Shown here piece after piece: positions 40,819 through 50,844 of a DNA stretch of 64,000 nucleotides. Positions within the stretch are counted from its first letter, which is position 1. Every line of letters begins with the position of its first letter. This stretch comes from Flavobacteriales bacterium (GTDB lineage Bacteria; Bacteroidota; Bacteroidia; Flavobacteriales_C; GCA-002722245), in NCBI GenBank assembly GCA_002722245.1, contig PBLA01000003.1, positions 23,190 through 87,189 on the forward strand, read 5' to 3'. Made by a program: the position numbers and the translations under genes. Under the pieces are notes generated by a model, which did not search any database, was not told the origin of the DNA, and saw nothing but the letters and a program-made list of their open reading frames with translations.

Positions 40819-42759
40819 ATGGAGTTTAAGCAAGGTGAATTATTAAGAAGTGTGAACGATCCGCGAGATCTCAAACAACTTCATTCAAAAAGTCTACCGC
40901 AGTACTGCAAAGAACTAAGAGAATACATCATTGAAGTTGTATCGAGAAAGGGAGGTCACTTTGGCGCCAGTTTAGGAGTTGTTGAATTAACTACAGCTCT
41001 CCACTATGTATTTAATACACCAGAAGATCAACTCGTGTGGGATGTTGGTCATCAAGCCTATGGTCATAAAATTATTACCGGTCGTAAGGACGAATTCCCT
41101 TCTCAGCGATTGTATGGAGGTTTAAGCGGGTTTCCAAAGCGATCGGAAAGTAAATATGATACGTTCGGGGTTGGTCATTCCTCCACGTCAATATCCGGCG
41201 CATTAGGAATGAGTGTTGCAAGCAAATATCTCGGCGAAAAAGATAAGCAGCACATAGCTGTAATAGGTGATGGTGCTATGACAGCAGGACTGGCATTTGA
41301 GGCGCTCAATCATGGAGGGGTTGAGAACAGTAACTTACTTATTGTGTTAAATGATAATTGTATGTCAATCGACCCAAATGTTACCGCACTCAATGAATAT
41401 CTTACCGATATCACAACATCTCAAGCGTATAACAAAGTAAAAGACGAATTATGGAACTTATTGGGTCATATCAGTAAGTTTGGCCCTAATGCGCAGGCCA
41501 TTGCCTCTAAAATTCAGGACGCGGTCAAAAGTTCAGTATTAGGTACATCAAACTTATTTGAATCATTCAATTTTAGATATTTTGGTCCTGTTGATGGACA
41601 CGACGTAAAGCATCTCGTAAAAACTTTTAAAGATTTAAAAGAAATTCCAGGGCCTAAAATTCTTCATGTCTTAACTAAAAAAGGAAAAGGATATAAACCT
41701 GCCGAAAGTGGTAATCAAACGCAATGGCATGCACCTGGTATCTTTAATAAAGATACTGGTGAAATTGTAAAAGTTGCTCCCAAAAATCCGGAGCCACCTA
41801 AATATCAAGATGTTTTTGGTCACTCCATTGTAGAGCTTGCCGAGAAAAATGATAAAATCATGGGAATTACCCCTGCAATGCCTACAGGCAGCTCATTGAA
41901 TATCATGATGAAAGCAATGCCCGATCGTTCGTTTGACGTTGGAATTGCAGAGCAACACGCAGTTACTTTCTCTGCGGGTTTATCAACACAAGGACTCGTT
42001 CCCTTTTGTAATATCTACTCCACGTTTATGCAACGTGCATATGATCAAGTTATTCATGATGTAGCACTTCAAAACCTTAATGTAGTTTTCTGTTTAGATC
42101 GTGCTGGATTAGCCGGGGCCGACGGTCCAACACATCATGGAGCATACGATTTAGCCTATATGCGTTGTATCCCTAATATGGTTGTTAGTGCTCCTATGAA
42201 TGAAGAAGAGTTAAGAAATTTAATGTATACGGCTCAACTACCAGATCAAGGTCCATTCTCTATTCGATACCCAAGAGGAAAAGGTGTTATGACAAATTGG
42301 AAAACACCATTTAAAGCGATTAAAATAGGAACTGGAAGAAAAATAAAAAATGGTAATGATATTGCTATACTCTCAATTGGGCATGTTGGAAACTATGCTG
42401 TAGAAGCATGTAATGACTTAAGTCAACTAGGAATTGATGCCGCTCATTACGATATGCGTTTTGCCAAGCCATTAGATTCTATACTTTTACATGAGGTTTT
42501 CGGCAAATTCAAACACATTATAACTGTTGAAGATGGTTGTTTAGTAGGAGGTTTGGGAAGTGCGATTATTGAATTCATGGCGGATCATGGATATTCATCC
42601 CAAGTTAGCCGATTAGGTATTCCTGACAAATACATTGAACATGGAAGTCAATCAGAGTTACACGCCGAATGTAATTATGATAAACATGCTATTGTGAAAA
42701 TGACGAAAAAAGTGCTGAATATTAAAGAGTCATCTAAAACGAAATCACAAACAGCTTAA
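40819..42759 (+). CDS. dxs: 1-deoxy-D-xylulose-5-phosphate synthase
   Basis: GHFGASLG, WDVGHQAY, GDGAMT..N ThDP motif, GIAEQH, DRAG..DGPTHHG; ATG 40819 follows a TAAATTTG promoter element. Confidence 0.97.
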   Translation: MEFKQGELLRSVNDPRDLKQLHSKSLPQYCKELREYIIEVVSRKGGHFGASLGVVELTTALHYVFNTPEDQLVWDVGHQAYGHKIITGRKDEFPSQRLYGGLSGFPKRSESKYDTFGVGHSSTSISGALGMSVASKYLGEKDKQHIAVIGDGAMTAGLAFEALNHGGVENSNLLIVLNDNCMSIDPNVTALNEYLTDITTSQAYNKVKDELWNLLGHISKFGPNAQAIASKIQDAVKSSVLGTSNLFESFNFRYFGPVDGHDVKHLVKTFKDLKEIPGPKILHVLTKKGKGYKPAESGNQTQWHAPGIFNKDTGEIVKVAPKNPEPPKYQDVFGHSIVELAEKNDKIMGITPAMPTGSSLNIMMKAMPDRSFDVGIAEQHAVTFSAGLSTQGLVPFCNIYSTFMQRAYDQVIHDVALQNLNVVFCLDRAGLAGADGPTHHGAYDLAYMRCIPNMVVSAPMNEEELRNLMYTAQLPDQGPFSIRYPRGKGVMTNWKTPFKAIKIGTGRKIKNGNDIAILSIGHVGNYAVEACNDLSQLGIDAAHYDMRFAKPLDSILLHEVFGKFKHIITVEDGCLVGGLGSAIIEFMADHGYSSQVSRLGIPDKYIEHGSQSELHAECNYDKHAIVKMTKKVLNIKESSKTKSQTA

Positions 42760-42885
42760 CATCTCTTTAGAGTAGAAAATTACGCCAAATTTCAACGATT
42801 TGAAACCAATTAAACTTCAACGATACACAATATATTTTGAATGAACCATCGCGTTCAATGCATTAATGTTGTAACTTGCAAGCAG

Positions 42886-43974
42886 ATGAGATTAAAAAAA
42901 ATTAAGTTCGAAGCGAACGTTAGACCAGAATTTGCAAAGGTTCTGAAAGCAAGAGTAGACGATTATTTTAAAACCAACAAGATTGATCGTTACGGAAATT
43001 TAAATATGTTCTTGAAAGCAATAACAATGATATCATTGTTCTTTATCCCACTTGTTGTCATTTTTACTAAAACAGTTATTAATCCTTTGGGAGTAATAGG
43101 CTTATGGTGTTTAAGTGGCATTGGAATGGCAGGTATCGGCTTATCCATTATGCATGACGGTAATCATGGAGCATTTTCTCGCAATAAAACGGTAAACCGC
43201 TGTATGGGTTTAATGCTAAATGTTGTTGGTGGTAGTGCAAAATTATGGAAATTGCAGCATAATGTATTACATCATACATTTACTAATGTAGAAGGTATGG
43301 ATGAAGATATTGATGGCCCAGGTTTTTTTAGATTTTCGCCTCACCATAAGCACAAAACAGTACATAAATATCAACATTTATTTTTTGTATTTGCCTACGG
43401 CTTAATGACTTTTGGTTGGGTTATGTGGAAAGATTATCTACAAGTATTTCGATTCAAAAAGAAAGGGTTAATTAAAGAGCAAGAGTTTAAAAAAGAATTG
43501 TCTTTAATCATTATCTGGAAACTGGTTTACTTTACATACATATTACTATTTCCCTTAGTTGTTCTCAAATTGCCGGTTGGATTAACTCTTCTGGGATGGT
43601 TTTTGATGCACTATGTATGTAGCCTCATTTTAAGTTTAATATTTCAATTAGCTCATGTAATGCCAGAAATGGAATTCCCCAAAGAAAATTCAAAAAACAT
43701 GATTGAAAATAACTGGACTATTCACCAGTTAGAAACTACAGCTAACTTTTCTCAAAAAAGCAGATTATTCTCTTGGTATATTGGTGGTTTAAATTATCAA
43801 ATTGAACACCACTTATTCTCTGGAATATGTCACGTTCATTATCGCAAATTATCCAATATTGTAAGAGATACTGCCAAAGAATATAACATTCCATATTATA
43901 CAAACGGAAGTTTTTTCGCGGCTTTAGGAAGGCATTATCAAATATTAAAAAAATTCGGAAAGGTTCCAGCCTAA
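42886..43974 (+). CDS. Membrane fatty acid (acyl-CoA) desaturase, front-end/delta-6-like
   Basis: His boxes HDGNH, HNVLHH, QIEHH; start likely MRLKK at 42886 (track start 42841). Confidence 0.92.
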   Translation: MRLKKIKFEANVRPEFAKVLKARVDDYFKTNKIDRYGNLNMFLKAITMISLFFIPLVVIFTKTVINPLGVIGLWCLSGIGMAGIGLSIMHDGNHGAFSRNKTVNRCMGLMLNVVGGSAKLWKLQHNVLHHTFTNVEGMDEDIDGPGFFRFSPHHKHKTVHKYQHLFFVFAYGLMTFGWVMWKDYLQVFRFKKKGLIKEQEFKKELSLIIIWKLVYFTYILLFPLVVLKLPVGLTLLGWFLMHYVCSLILSLIFQLAHVMPEMEFPKENSKNMIENNWTIHQLETTANFSQKSRLFSWYIGGLNYQIEHHLFSGICHVHYRKLSNIVRDTAKEYNIPYYTNGSFFAALGRHYQILKKFGKVPA

Positions 43975-43975
43975 C

Positions 43976-44743
43976 TTACAAATTGAATAATTTTTTAGCA
44001 TTTTCAGTTGTTGCCTCAGCCACAGTTTGAACGGTTTCTCCTTTTACTTGCGATAATTTCTCTGCAATATACATTAGATAGGAAGGCTCATTCCTTTTCC
44101 CTCTCTTTGGGGTAGGTGCTAAGTATGGAGAATCTGTTTCCAGAACCAGTTCATTTAAAGGAACTTGAGCAATTGTTTTATCCAAACCTGATTTTTTATA
44201 GGTTAATACTCCTCCTACACCCATTTTAAATCCTCCGTAGCTCATTATCTTTCGAGCTTCATCGAGGCCACCGGTAAAGCAGTGAAAAACTCCGGTTAAA
44301 GACTCGGTATTTTCCTCGTCAATAATTTGAAAAATTTCTTGAAAGCTCTCTCGTGCGTGAATCGCAATTGGTTTTCCCAATTCTCTTGCCCATTGTATTT
44401 GTTGACGGAATGCATCTTGCTGGATTCCTAAAGTTGTTTTATCCCAATATAAATCAATTCCTATCTCTCCAACAGCGCAATAATTCCGCTTTTTAAACCA
44501 GGTTTTACATGCAGAGAGTTGCTGCAGATAGTCATCCTTAACATAACAAGGATGAACTCCCATCATACTCTTAAAAAAGTCTGGGTTTTCATCCTCCAAC
44601 AAATGCATTCTCTCAATCGATTCAACATCAACATTAGGCATCAAAACTTGCTGTACCCCGTGATTTTTAAACCGATTTATACACTCAACCAGATCCTCAT
44701 TGAATTCCTTTAAGTATAAATGAGCATGGGTATCAATTAGCAT
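43976..44743 (-). CDS. tatD: TatD family nuclease
   Basis: DTHAH, GVHP, GEIGID, IHAR, HCF, LETDSPYL. Confidence 0.95.
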   Translation of the reverse strand: MLIDTHAHLYLKEFNEDLVECINRFKNHGVQQVLMPNVDVESIERMHLLEDENPDFFKSMMGVHPCYVKDDYLQQLSACKTWFKKRNYCAVGEIGIDLYWDKTTLGIQQDAFRQQIQWARELGKPIAIHARESFQEIFQIIDEENTESLTGVFHCFTGGLDEARKIMSYGGFKMGVGGVLTYKKSGLDKTIAQVPLNELVLETDSPYLAPTPKRGKRNEPSYLMYIAEKLSQVKGETVQTVAEATTENAKKLFNL

Positions 44744-44800
44744 GTGACAAAATTATTAAAAACTTTGACTCTTCTCTAATAAGATTAACCATCCGAATAA

Positions 44801-47287
44801 TTATTCCTGAAAATAGACTCTTTTCACTCTTGGAGAAATACCCGTTAAAGCCTCATAGGGTATCGTATCCATTAACTTAGCAAATTTTTGGATAGGAAAT
44901 CCTTCACCAAATACAACCACTTCATCACCTTCCTCTGCATCAATATTAGAGATGTCCAGCATACACATATCCATACATACATTACCCACAATAGGAGCTT
45001 TATGACCTTTAATCATCATATATCCCCTTCTCCTTCCTAAACTTCTTCTCAAACCATCTGCATAACCAATTGGAACAGTAGCAATAATAATATCTCGTGT
45101 TGGCATTTCCATTCGTGAATACCCCACAGAGTCATGAGCAGGAATATGCTTAATTTGAGAAATGGTTGTTTTTAACTCTGAAACAGGCTTCAGTTTCGCT
45201 TGATGCTCAGGAAAACTACTTACCCCATACATACCTATCCCCAATCTTACCATGTCAAATTGTGCTTCAGGAAATGCAAGAGCACCCGCTGAATTAACAA
45301 TATGGCGAAAGATTTTTCCGCCTAATATTTCAACAATTTTTTTGCTCATTCGAGCAAATAATTCAATTTGATCATGGGTGAACAATCGATGAATCGGTTC
45401 GTCGGCAGTTGACAAATGACTAAATACACTCTTAACACGAAGAAACTTATGATTTTTAATGTGAATGATTAACTTGTGTAAATCCGTTTCCTCAAAACCC
45501 AATCGGTGCATACCGGTGTCTAACTTTAAATGAATAGGATACCCTTCTGGCTTATTGTAGCCACTGCGCTTTAGTGCTTTAATAAATAAATCAAATACTT
45601 TAAACGAATAGATTTCTGGTTCCAAGTAATTTTGAATCATTAAATCATAAGACTGTTGCTCAGGATTCATAACCATAATAGGCAAAGTAATTCCGGCTCT
45701 CCTCAACTCCACACCCTCATCTGCATAAGCAACTGCTAAATAATCAACACGGTTAAATTGAAGCACATTGGCAATTTCAAAAGAACCACTACCATATGAG
45801 AAGGCTTTTACCATAGCCATTACTTTCGTAGATGCGTTCAATTGGGCTTTAAAATAGTTTAGATTATCAACAATGGCGTTTAAATTAATTTCCAAAACTG
45901 TTTCGTGGACACGCTTTTGAAAAAGTGCACTAATTCGTTCAAATCCAAAAGGCCTAGCTCCCTTTAATAAAATAGTTTCATTTTTAAACTTTGAAAGATC
46001 AATAGATGCAATAAAATCATTTGTTGTAGTAAAAAACTGCGTGTCTTTTGGGAATAAATCTTGTTGGGCGCAGATGTTTTTTCCAATACCGATAATTTTT
46101 TTAACCCCTTTGTTAGCCAACAAGCTAGACACTAACCCATAAAGTTCTTCATCGAGTTTTCCAGATTGTAAAATATCGGATATAATAATCGTTTTATGAA
46201 GATGTTGCTTTTGTTGCTCCATGAAATCTAGAGCGATTTCTAAACTCCCAAAGTCCGAATTGTAATAATCATTAATAATAGAGCAATTGTTTAATCCTTC
46301 TTTGAGCTCTAATCGCATAGCAACAGGAGCTAAGGTCTTCATACGTGAATTAATCCATTCATTATCATATCCTAAATGAAGTAAAACAGCCCAACAACTT
46401 ATGCAGTTTTCAATACTTGCTGTATCATTAAAAGGAATGTGTAACTTTAAAAACTCATTTTTAAACACAGCTTGAACTGTACTATCAACATCCGTTTTAC
46501 TAACTTTCCCAATCATTAAATCTGCAGGGAGTTTTCTACTCCATGTAAAAGTATTAAGGGTTCTATATTTTGCTTTTTTAGTGAGTGAATTGTGAACCGG
46601 AAGAAAATCTCTACAATAAATTAATGATTGTGCATTTTCAAATAATCGCAATTTTTCCTTCGCTTTTTCATCCCAATTTTTAAAATTCTCATCATGGGCT
46701 CCACCAAGGTTTGTTAGCACCCCCAATGTAGGCTGAATCATGAATTCCAATTTCCCCATTTCACCGGGTTGAGAAATCCCCGCCTCGAAAATCCCAAAGT
46801 TGTTTTTCTCCTCTGTTTGCCAAATACTTAACGGTACACCAACTTGAGAATTATAGCTTTTAGGGCTTTTAACAATATTGTATTCCTCCTTTAGCAACTG
46901 ATACAACCATTCTTTCACGATTGTTTTCCCATTACTTCCTGTAATTCCAATCACTGGAAAGTCAAAACGCTTCCGATGATTATGCGCCATCAACTGAAGT
47001 GCAATCAATGTATCTGGCACTTTAATTACCCAAGCATCTTTTAAAAGTGTTAAATTAATCGACTGATCAACTATAAATGTTCTTATTCCTTTTTGATAAA
47101 CCTCCGATAAAAAATCATGTCCATCGTGACGATCACCCTTCACCGCAATAAAAACCGAGCTATCGGTGTTTGCAACTCTCCGGCTATCAATTAAAATAGA
47201 CTGTATAGTTAAATTATTACCTCCTTTCTGGATAACACTTCCATCACAAAGACTAACAAGATCATTTATCACATAGGGTTGACTCAT
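44801..47287 (-). CDS. alr: Bifunctional MurF-like ligase / alanine racemase fusion
   Basis: N-terminal DSR, ITGSNGKT, SYNSQVG Mur-ligase motifs; C-terminal MVKAFSYG (PLP Lys), LDTGMHRLG, PIGYADG, CMD. Confidence 0.95.
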   Translation of the reverse strand: MSQPYVINDLVSLCDGSVIQKGGNNLTIQSILIDSRRVANTDSSVFIAVKGDRHDGHDFLSEVYQKGIRTFIVDQSINLTLLKDAWVIKVPDTLIALQLMAHNHRKRFDFPVIGITGSNGKTIVKEWLYQLLKEEYNIVKSPKSYNSQVGVPLSIWQTEEKNNFGIFEAGISQPGEMGKLEFMIQPTLGVLTNLGGAHDENFKNWDEKAKEKLRLFENAQSLIYCRDFLPVHNSLTKKAKYRTLNTFTWSRKLPADLMIGKVSKTDVDSTVQAVFKNEFLKLHIPFNDTASIENCISCWAVLLHLGYDNEWINSRMKTLAPVAMRLELKEGLNNCSIINDYYNSDFGSLEIALDFMEQQKQHLHKTIIISDILQSGKLDEELYGLVSSLLANKGVKKIIGIGKNICAQQDLFPKDTQFFTTTNDFIASIDLSKFKNETILLKGARPFGFERISALFQKRVHETVLEINLNAIVDNLNYFKAQLNASTKVMAMVKAFSYGSGSFEIANVLQFNRVDYLAVAYADEGVELRRAGITLPIMVMNPEQQSYDLMIQNYLEPEIYSFKVFDLFIKALKRSGYNKPEGYPIHLKLDTGMHRLGFEETDLHKLIIHIKNHKFLRVKSVFSHLSTADEPIHRLFTHDQIELFARMSKKIVEILGGKIFRHIVNSAGALAFPEAQFDMVRLGIGMYGVSSFPEHQAKLKPVSELKTTISQIKHIPAHDSVGYSRMEMPTRDIIIATVPIGYADGLRRSLGRRRGYMMIKGHKAPIVGNVCMDMCMLDISNIDAEEGDEVVVFGEGFPIQKFAKLMDTIPYEALTGISPRVKRVYFQE

Positions 47288-47362
47288 ACTTACAAAAGTA
47301 ACATTTTCATTAAGCTAATTTTGAACTCCCTTATACCGCTATTTAAATTAAATTGCACATTT

Positions 47363-48796
47363 TTAATGTAAAGACAAATTAATCTGTTTGATTAACCATT
47401 TTTTATCGGCCAGTTGTTTTTCGGATTCAATTTCCTTAGATAACTCACTTACTTTTACTGTTAGTTCCTCCCTTGAATAATGTACTCTTTTATCAAAAAT
47501 TCTAGATAACTTAAGAATATATTTTAAGAATGAAGTGTAGGAATTTTTTTGAATCTCAGCCAAAGAATCCTCTCTTTTTAAATAGGACTTAAAATTTTTC
47601 ACCGAACTTTCGACCGATAAGGTATCTTTCGTTTCCAAATAAATTTTTATTTGCAAAGATCTATAGGCCAATTGGTAGAAAACATCCTTAAAATTAACAA
47701 AAGTTAAGTTTCTTTGAGCCCCTTTATAATCTCCTTGAGCAAATAATATATTTGCCTGATTATAATTGTATATCATAGATTTGTCTTCACTAGGAATATA
47801 TTGAATATATGAATCAAGAAATTTCTCAGCCCATATGAATTCTTTTGCTCTGATGGCAACTTCAATAATATTCTTATAAGACCGATCATGAACGAAAGAA
47901 TTTACCACCAAAAAATCATTATCTACCTGAAATTTCATGATATTAAATAATTCTTGAATATAATCTTCACCATTGTTAACCTTCTTAATACAATGATTAA
48001 TCGAATGTTGGATGAAATTCGTTATTTCCGATCGCGGAGAAACATCTATATTTTCCTTAATTGAATTTAAAAAAACATTAAACTCTTCTCGCGTAAACTC
48101 TTCTGTAAATAAATCTATCAATCTTAAATAAAGATGAAGAGATGGATACTTGCTAAACTCATTTGGCCTATTTTCAATAAATGCTCTTATCTCATCAAAA
48201 AATGTCTTTTTATATTTAGCACTTATTAATCGCTCTCTGACACTCATTTCAATATAAATTTGTAATTTATTGAAGACATAAAAAGCATCTAATGAGTAAG
48301 ACTTGTCTTGAAGTACTTCTGAATATGGTAAGCTAGTATCCTTATTGTACCCTTTATCTATTTCTACATCTGCCAAAAAATCAAATAATAGTTCTTCATT
48401 TGATTTAATCTTGGATTCATCAATTTGTTTCTTTGTTTCCTTAAAGTGCTTCTGAATTGATTTTCCAGAAATTCTCATATTCAATTCTGACACTTTAATA
48501 TATTGTTTCAAATGAGGTCTGTTTTCTGTGTGAACAGTGATTAGATATTGCTCGGCCAACTTATATAAAGCTGACATATCATTATTTAAATTTTTAGATT
48601 TCGTTACTAATTCCAACTTTTCCTTTTTAATCTTTGAAAAATTAGGATGAACCTTTTCCATTACCCTTACAATATCAACAAAGACTTGATTTTTATTATA
48701 ATAAGGGGACGCTATGAAATCAACAAACTTGGACATCTCCTTTGAGGAAAATGTTTCCAAAAGAACACATAATTTACTTCCAGCAATATCTGACAT
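47363..48796 (-). CDS. Uncharacterised all-alpha (TPR-like) cytoplasmic protein, paralog A; possible regulator
   Basis: 477 aa, no signal peptide or TM; SKL..LL..S.KE...F..F..SPYYNK N-terminus; collinear with 49199..50653. Confidence 0.75.
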   Translation of the reverse strand: MSDIAGSKLCVLLETFSSKEMSKFVDFIASPYYNKNQVFVDIVRVMEKVHPNFSKIKKEKLELVTKSKNLNNDMSALYKLAEQYLITVHTENRPHLKQYIKVSELNMRISGKSIQKHFKETKKQIDESKIKSNEELLFDFLADVEIDKGYNKDTSLPYSEVLQDKSYSLDAFYVFNKLQIYIEMSVRERLISAKYKKTFFDEIRAFIENRPNEFSKYPSLHLYLRLIDLFTEEFTREEFNVFLNSIKENIDVSPRSEITNFIQHSINHCIKKVNNGEDYIQELFNIMKFQVDNDFLVVNSFVHDRSYKNIIEVAIRAKEFIWAEKFLDSYIQYIPSEDKSMIYNYNQANILFAQGDYKGAQRNLTFVNFKDVFYQLAYRSLQIKIYLETKDTLSVESSVKNFKSYLKREDSLAEIQKNSYTSFLKYILKLSRIFDKRVHYSREELTVKVSELSKEIESEKQLADKKWLIKQINLSLH

Positions 48797-48807
48797 CTAC
48801 AATAGCT

Positions 48808-49156
48808 AAGTATATCAAAATTAAGATTTTAGTTTTAAACCCTGTATTTCTTAAAAAGAAATATATTTAATCAAAGTAACTAATAAATGAGGTTCTTATT
48901 CTCCGTTATAAGATTACAAATTTAACAAGTAATTTACTGCACAAAAACCCATCCGTAAGCAGTTAAATTTCCAGACTGGAATTCTATAAGATATACCCCC
49001 TTCTCGAATTCAGAAAGGTTCAAAACCTGAGTTGGAGGTTATATAATAATTATGCCAATTTATTTTTTCCAAGATTATAATAATTTCAGGGTCTCCAATA
49101 AATAACATTTGTGTATCTCCTATCACAATCATTTCTTACAAAAAGTATATCAAAAT
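48808..49156 (+). repeat. 14-bp direct repeat AAGTATATCAAAAT (48808-48821 and 49143-49156)
   Basis: Exact copies, each close to the start codon of one of the divergent paralogs. Confidence 0.7.
48934..49121 (-). pseudogene. Relic of a paralog of the FG-GAP/T9SS gene (CTD end plus linker fragment)
   Basis: 48934-49038 reads PPTQVLNLSEFEKGVYLIEFQSGNLTAYGWVFVQ* versus HEVLNLSSFEKGVYVIEFQSGNLITYERVFVN* in the intact gene; 49088-49121 resembles 54741-54780 (agggtctcca..aacatttg..gtatc). Confidence 0.8.
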
Positions 49157-49198
49157 CGAGTAATAAAAGATTTTTTTACATTTTGCTAATTTTATAAG

Positions 49199-50653
49199 AT
49201 GATTGAAAAAGAAATATCCAAAAGTAAATTAGGTGTTTTGCTGAAGGCTTTATCTAAAAAGGAATATAACTCTTTTATTAAATACCTAGATTCCCCATTA
49301 TTTAACAAAAAAAAAGAATTTCACGAAGCAGCTAAGTTTTTATTCAAATTTCACCCCTCGTTTGAAAATAAGGACTTATCGAAAGAATTATTAAAAAAAC
49401 ATCTGAATAAGAGTACAAAAAAACTAAATAATATAAACTCATTAATGAATGGACTCTTGAGGCATGGAGAGGAGTTTCTTGTTCATAATCATGTATCAGA
49501 GTCACAAGGACTAAAGGATTTAATCTTACTATCAGAATTTAATAACAGATCGATTAAAAAAGGTTTTGAAAATCATGTTAAAAGCTCTGATCATAGAATT
49601 GAAAAAATATCTGTTCAATCATTTGATCAAATTCTCAATTCATTCCTTATTGAGCACGAAATCGATGTAGCTTTTTCAAAAGATCAGAGTCTTCCATTTG
49701 ATCAAGCTATCATTTCTAAAACTACACAATTAGATGTATTCTTTTTTTATTGCAAACTAAAAACCTATTGCGAAATAATTTCGCGTTCTCAATTTTTAAA
49801 GGTCAAATATCCTACTGATAATTTTGAAAAAACATTAGAATGGCTAAAAAACTTTCCCGAACTAATAAAAAATCCTTCTATAAAAATATACTTTGGTCTA
49901 GTTCAATTACTGAAAAACTTCGAAAATGATGAGATCTATTCGAAATATATAATCACCCTAAAAGAAGAATACAATAACTTCAATAAAGATGAATGCATAA
50001 ACCTTTTTCAAACCGTATCAAATCATTGTATTAGAAGAATAAACAACGGTTCAAGTCATTACTTAAAAGAACTGTTTAATATTTATGAATTTCAAGCAGA
50101 AAAAGACCTGCTTGTAAAGGAAGGTTTTCTACACGACAGAACAATCAAAAACATTATAGAAGTTGCTATCCGAGCTGAAAAATATCAGTGGGCTGAAAAT
50201 TTTCTTGTGCAACATATTGATTTTGTTGACAAAGATCAAAAAGAGATGATTTACAACTATAATTTTGCAAACATAAATTTTGGTATGAACAATTTAAAAA
50301 CGGCAAAAAAACATTTAGTGTTTGTTAATATAAAAGACCCCTTTTACCAACTATCTTACAGAATCTTACTAATTAAGATATATTATTCAATTAATGACTT
50401 TGAAGCTCTATCTAGTACTATTTCAAATTTCAAAGCATTTTTTAATAGAGAAAAAAACATCTCAGAAATTCAAAAAGCTATTTTCTCAAACTTACTTTTT
50501 TTCATACACAAGTTGGTTTTGTTAAAGGAGAAAAAAAATCATCTTGAAACCAAAAAATTCTCAATTAAAAAAGAAGAGCTTAAGGCCCAAATTAATAGTG
50601 AAAACAAGATAGCCGATAGAGGGTGGTTACTAAATGAATTTGAAAAAGTATAA
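49199..50653 (+). CDS. Uncharacterised all-alpha (TPR-like) cytoplasmic protein, paralog B; possible regulator
   Basis: 484 aa; shares NHCI..NNG, HDR..KNIIEVAIRA, WAE.FL, MIYNYN.ANI.F, KD.FYQL.YR.L.IKIY and AD..WL with paralog A. Confidence 0.75.
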   Translation: MIEKEISKSKLGVLLKALSKKEYNSFIKYLDSPLFNKKKEFHEAAKFLFKFHPSFENKDLSKELLKKHLNKSTKKLNNINSLMNGLLRHGEEFLVHNHVSESQGLKDLILLSEFNNRSIKKGFENHVKSSDHRIEKISVQSFDQILNSFLIEHEIDVAFSKDQSLPFDQAIISKTTQLDVFFFYCKLKTYCEIISRSQFLKVKYPTDNFEKTLEWLKNFPELIKNPSIKIYFGLVQLLKNFENDEIYSKYIITLKEEYNNFNKDECINLFQTVSNHCIRRINNGSSHYLKELFNIYEFQAEKDLLVKEGFLHDRTIKNIIEVAIRAEKYQWAENFLVQHIDFVDKDQKEMIYNYNFANINFGMNNLKTAKKHLVFVNIKDPFYQLSYRILLIKIYYSINDFEALSSTISNFKAFFNREKNISEIQKAIFSNLLFFIHKLVLLKEKKNHLETKKFSIKKEELKAQINSENKIADRGWLLNEFEKV

Positions 50654-50794
50654 TTTAAGGTAATATTTTTTTTGATAATACTCCTTTCGAAGAAGTATTT
50701 AATTCAAAACTTAAGCTGAAATTGTCATTGAAAATGGTCTTTGAATTGAATTAGGAGAATTCCATTATTACTAAAAAAATGTATTTATTTACAT

Positions 50795-50827
50795 AAAAAA
50801 GCCGAGGTAAAATTGGCCTCGGCTTTT
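50795..50827. terminator. Bidirectional intrinsic terminator
   Basis: AAAAGCCGAGG-N9-CCTCGGCTTTT between convergent genes. Confidence 0.85.
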
Positions 50828-50844
50828 ATTAAGTTTTTCAAATT

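Noticed and set aside
44801-47287. MurF-Alr fusion as a novelty
   Set aside because: Well-known, widespread fusion in Bacteroidota.
48887-48925. Small ORF MRFLFSVIRLQI* (and other tiny ORFs near the paralogs) as a cognate signalling peptide
   Set aside because: Too short for a signal peptide plus mature peptide, with no supporting promoter or conservation evidence; expected by chance.
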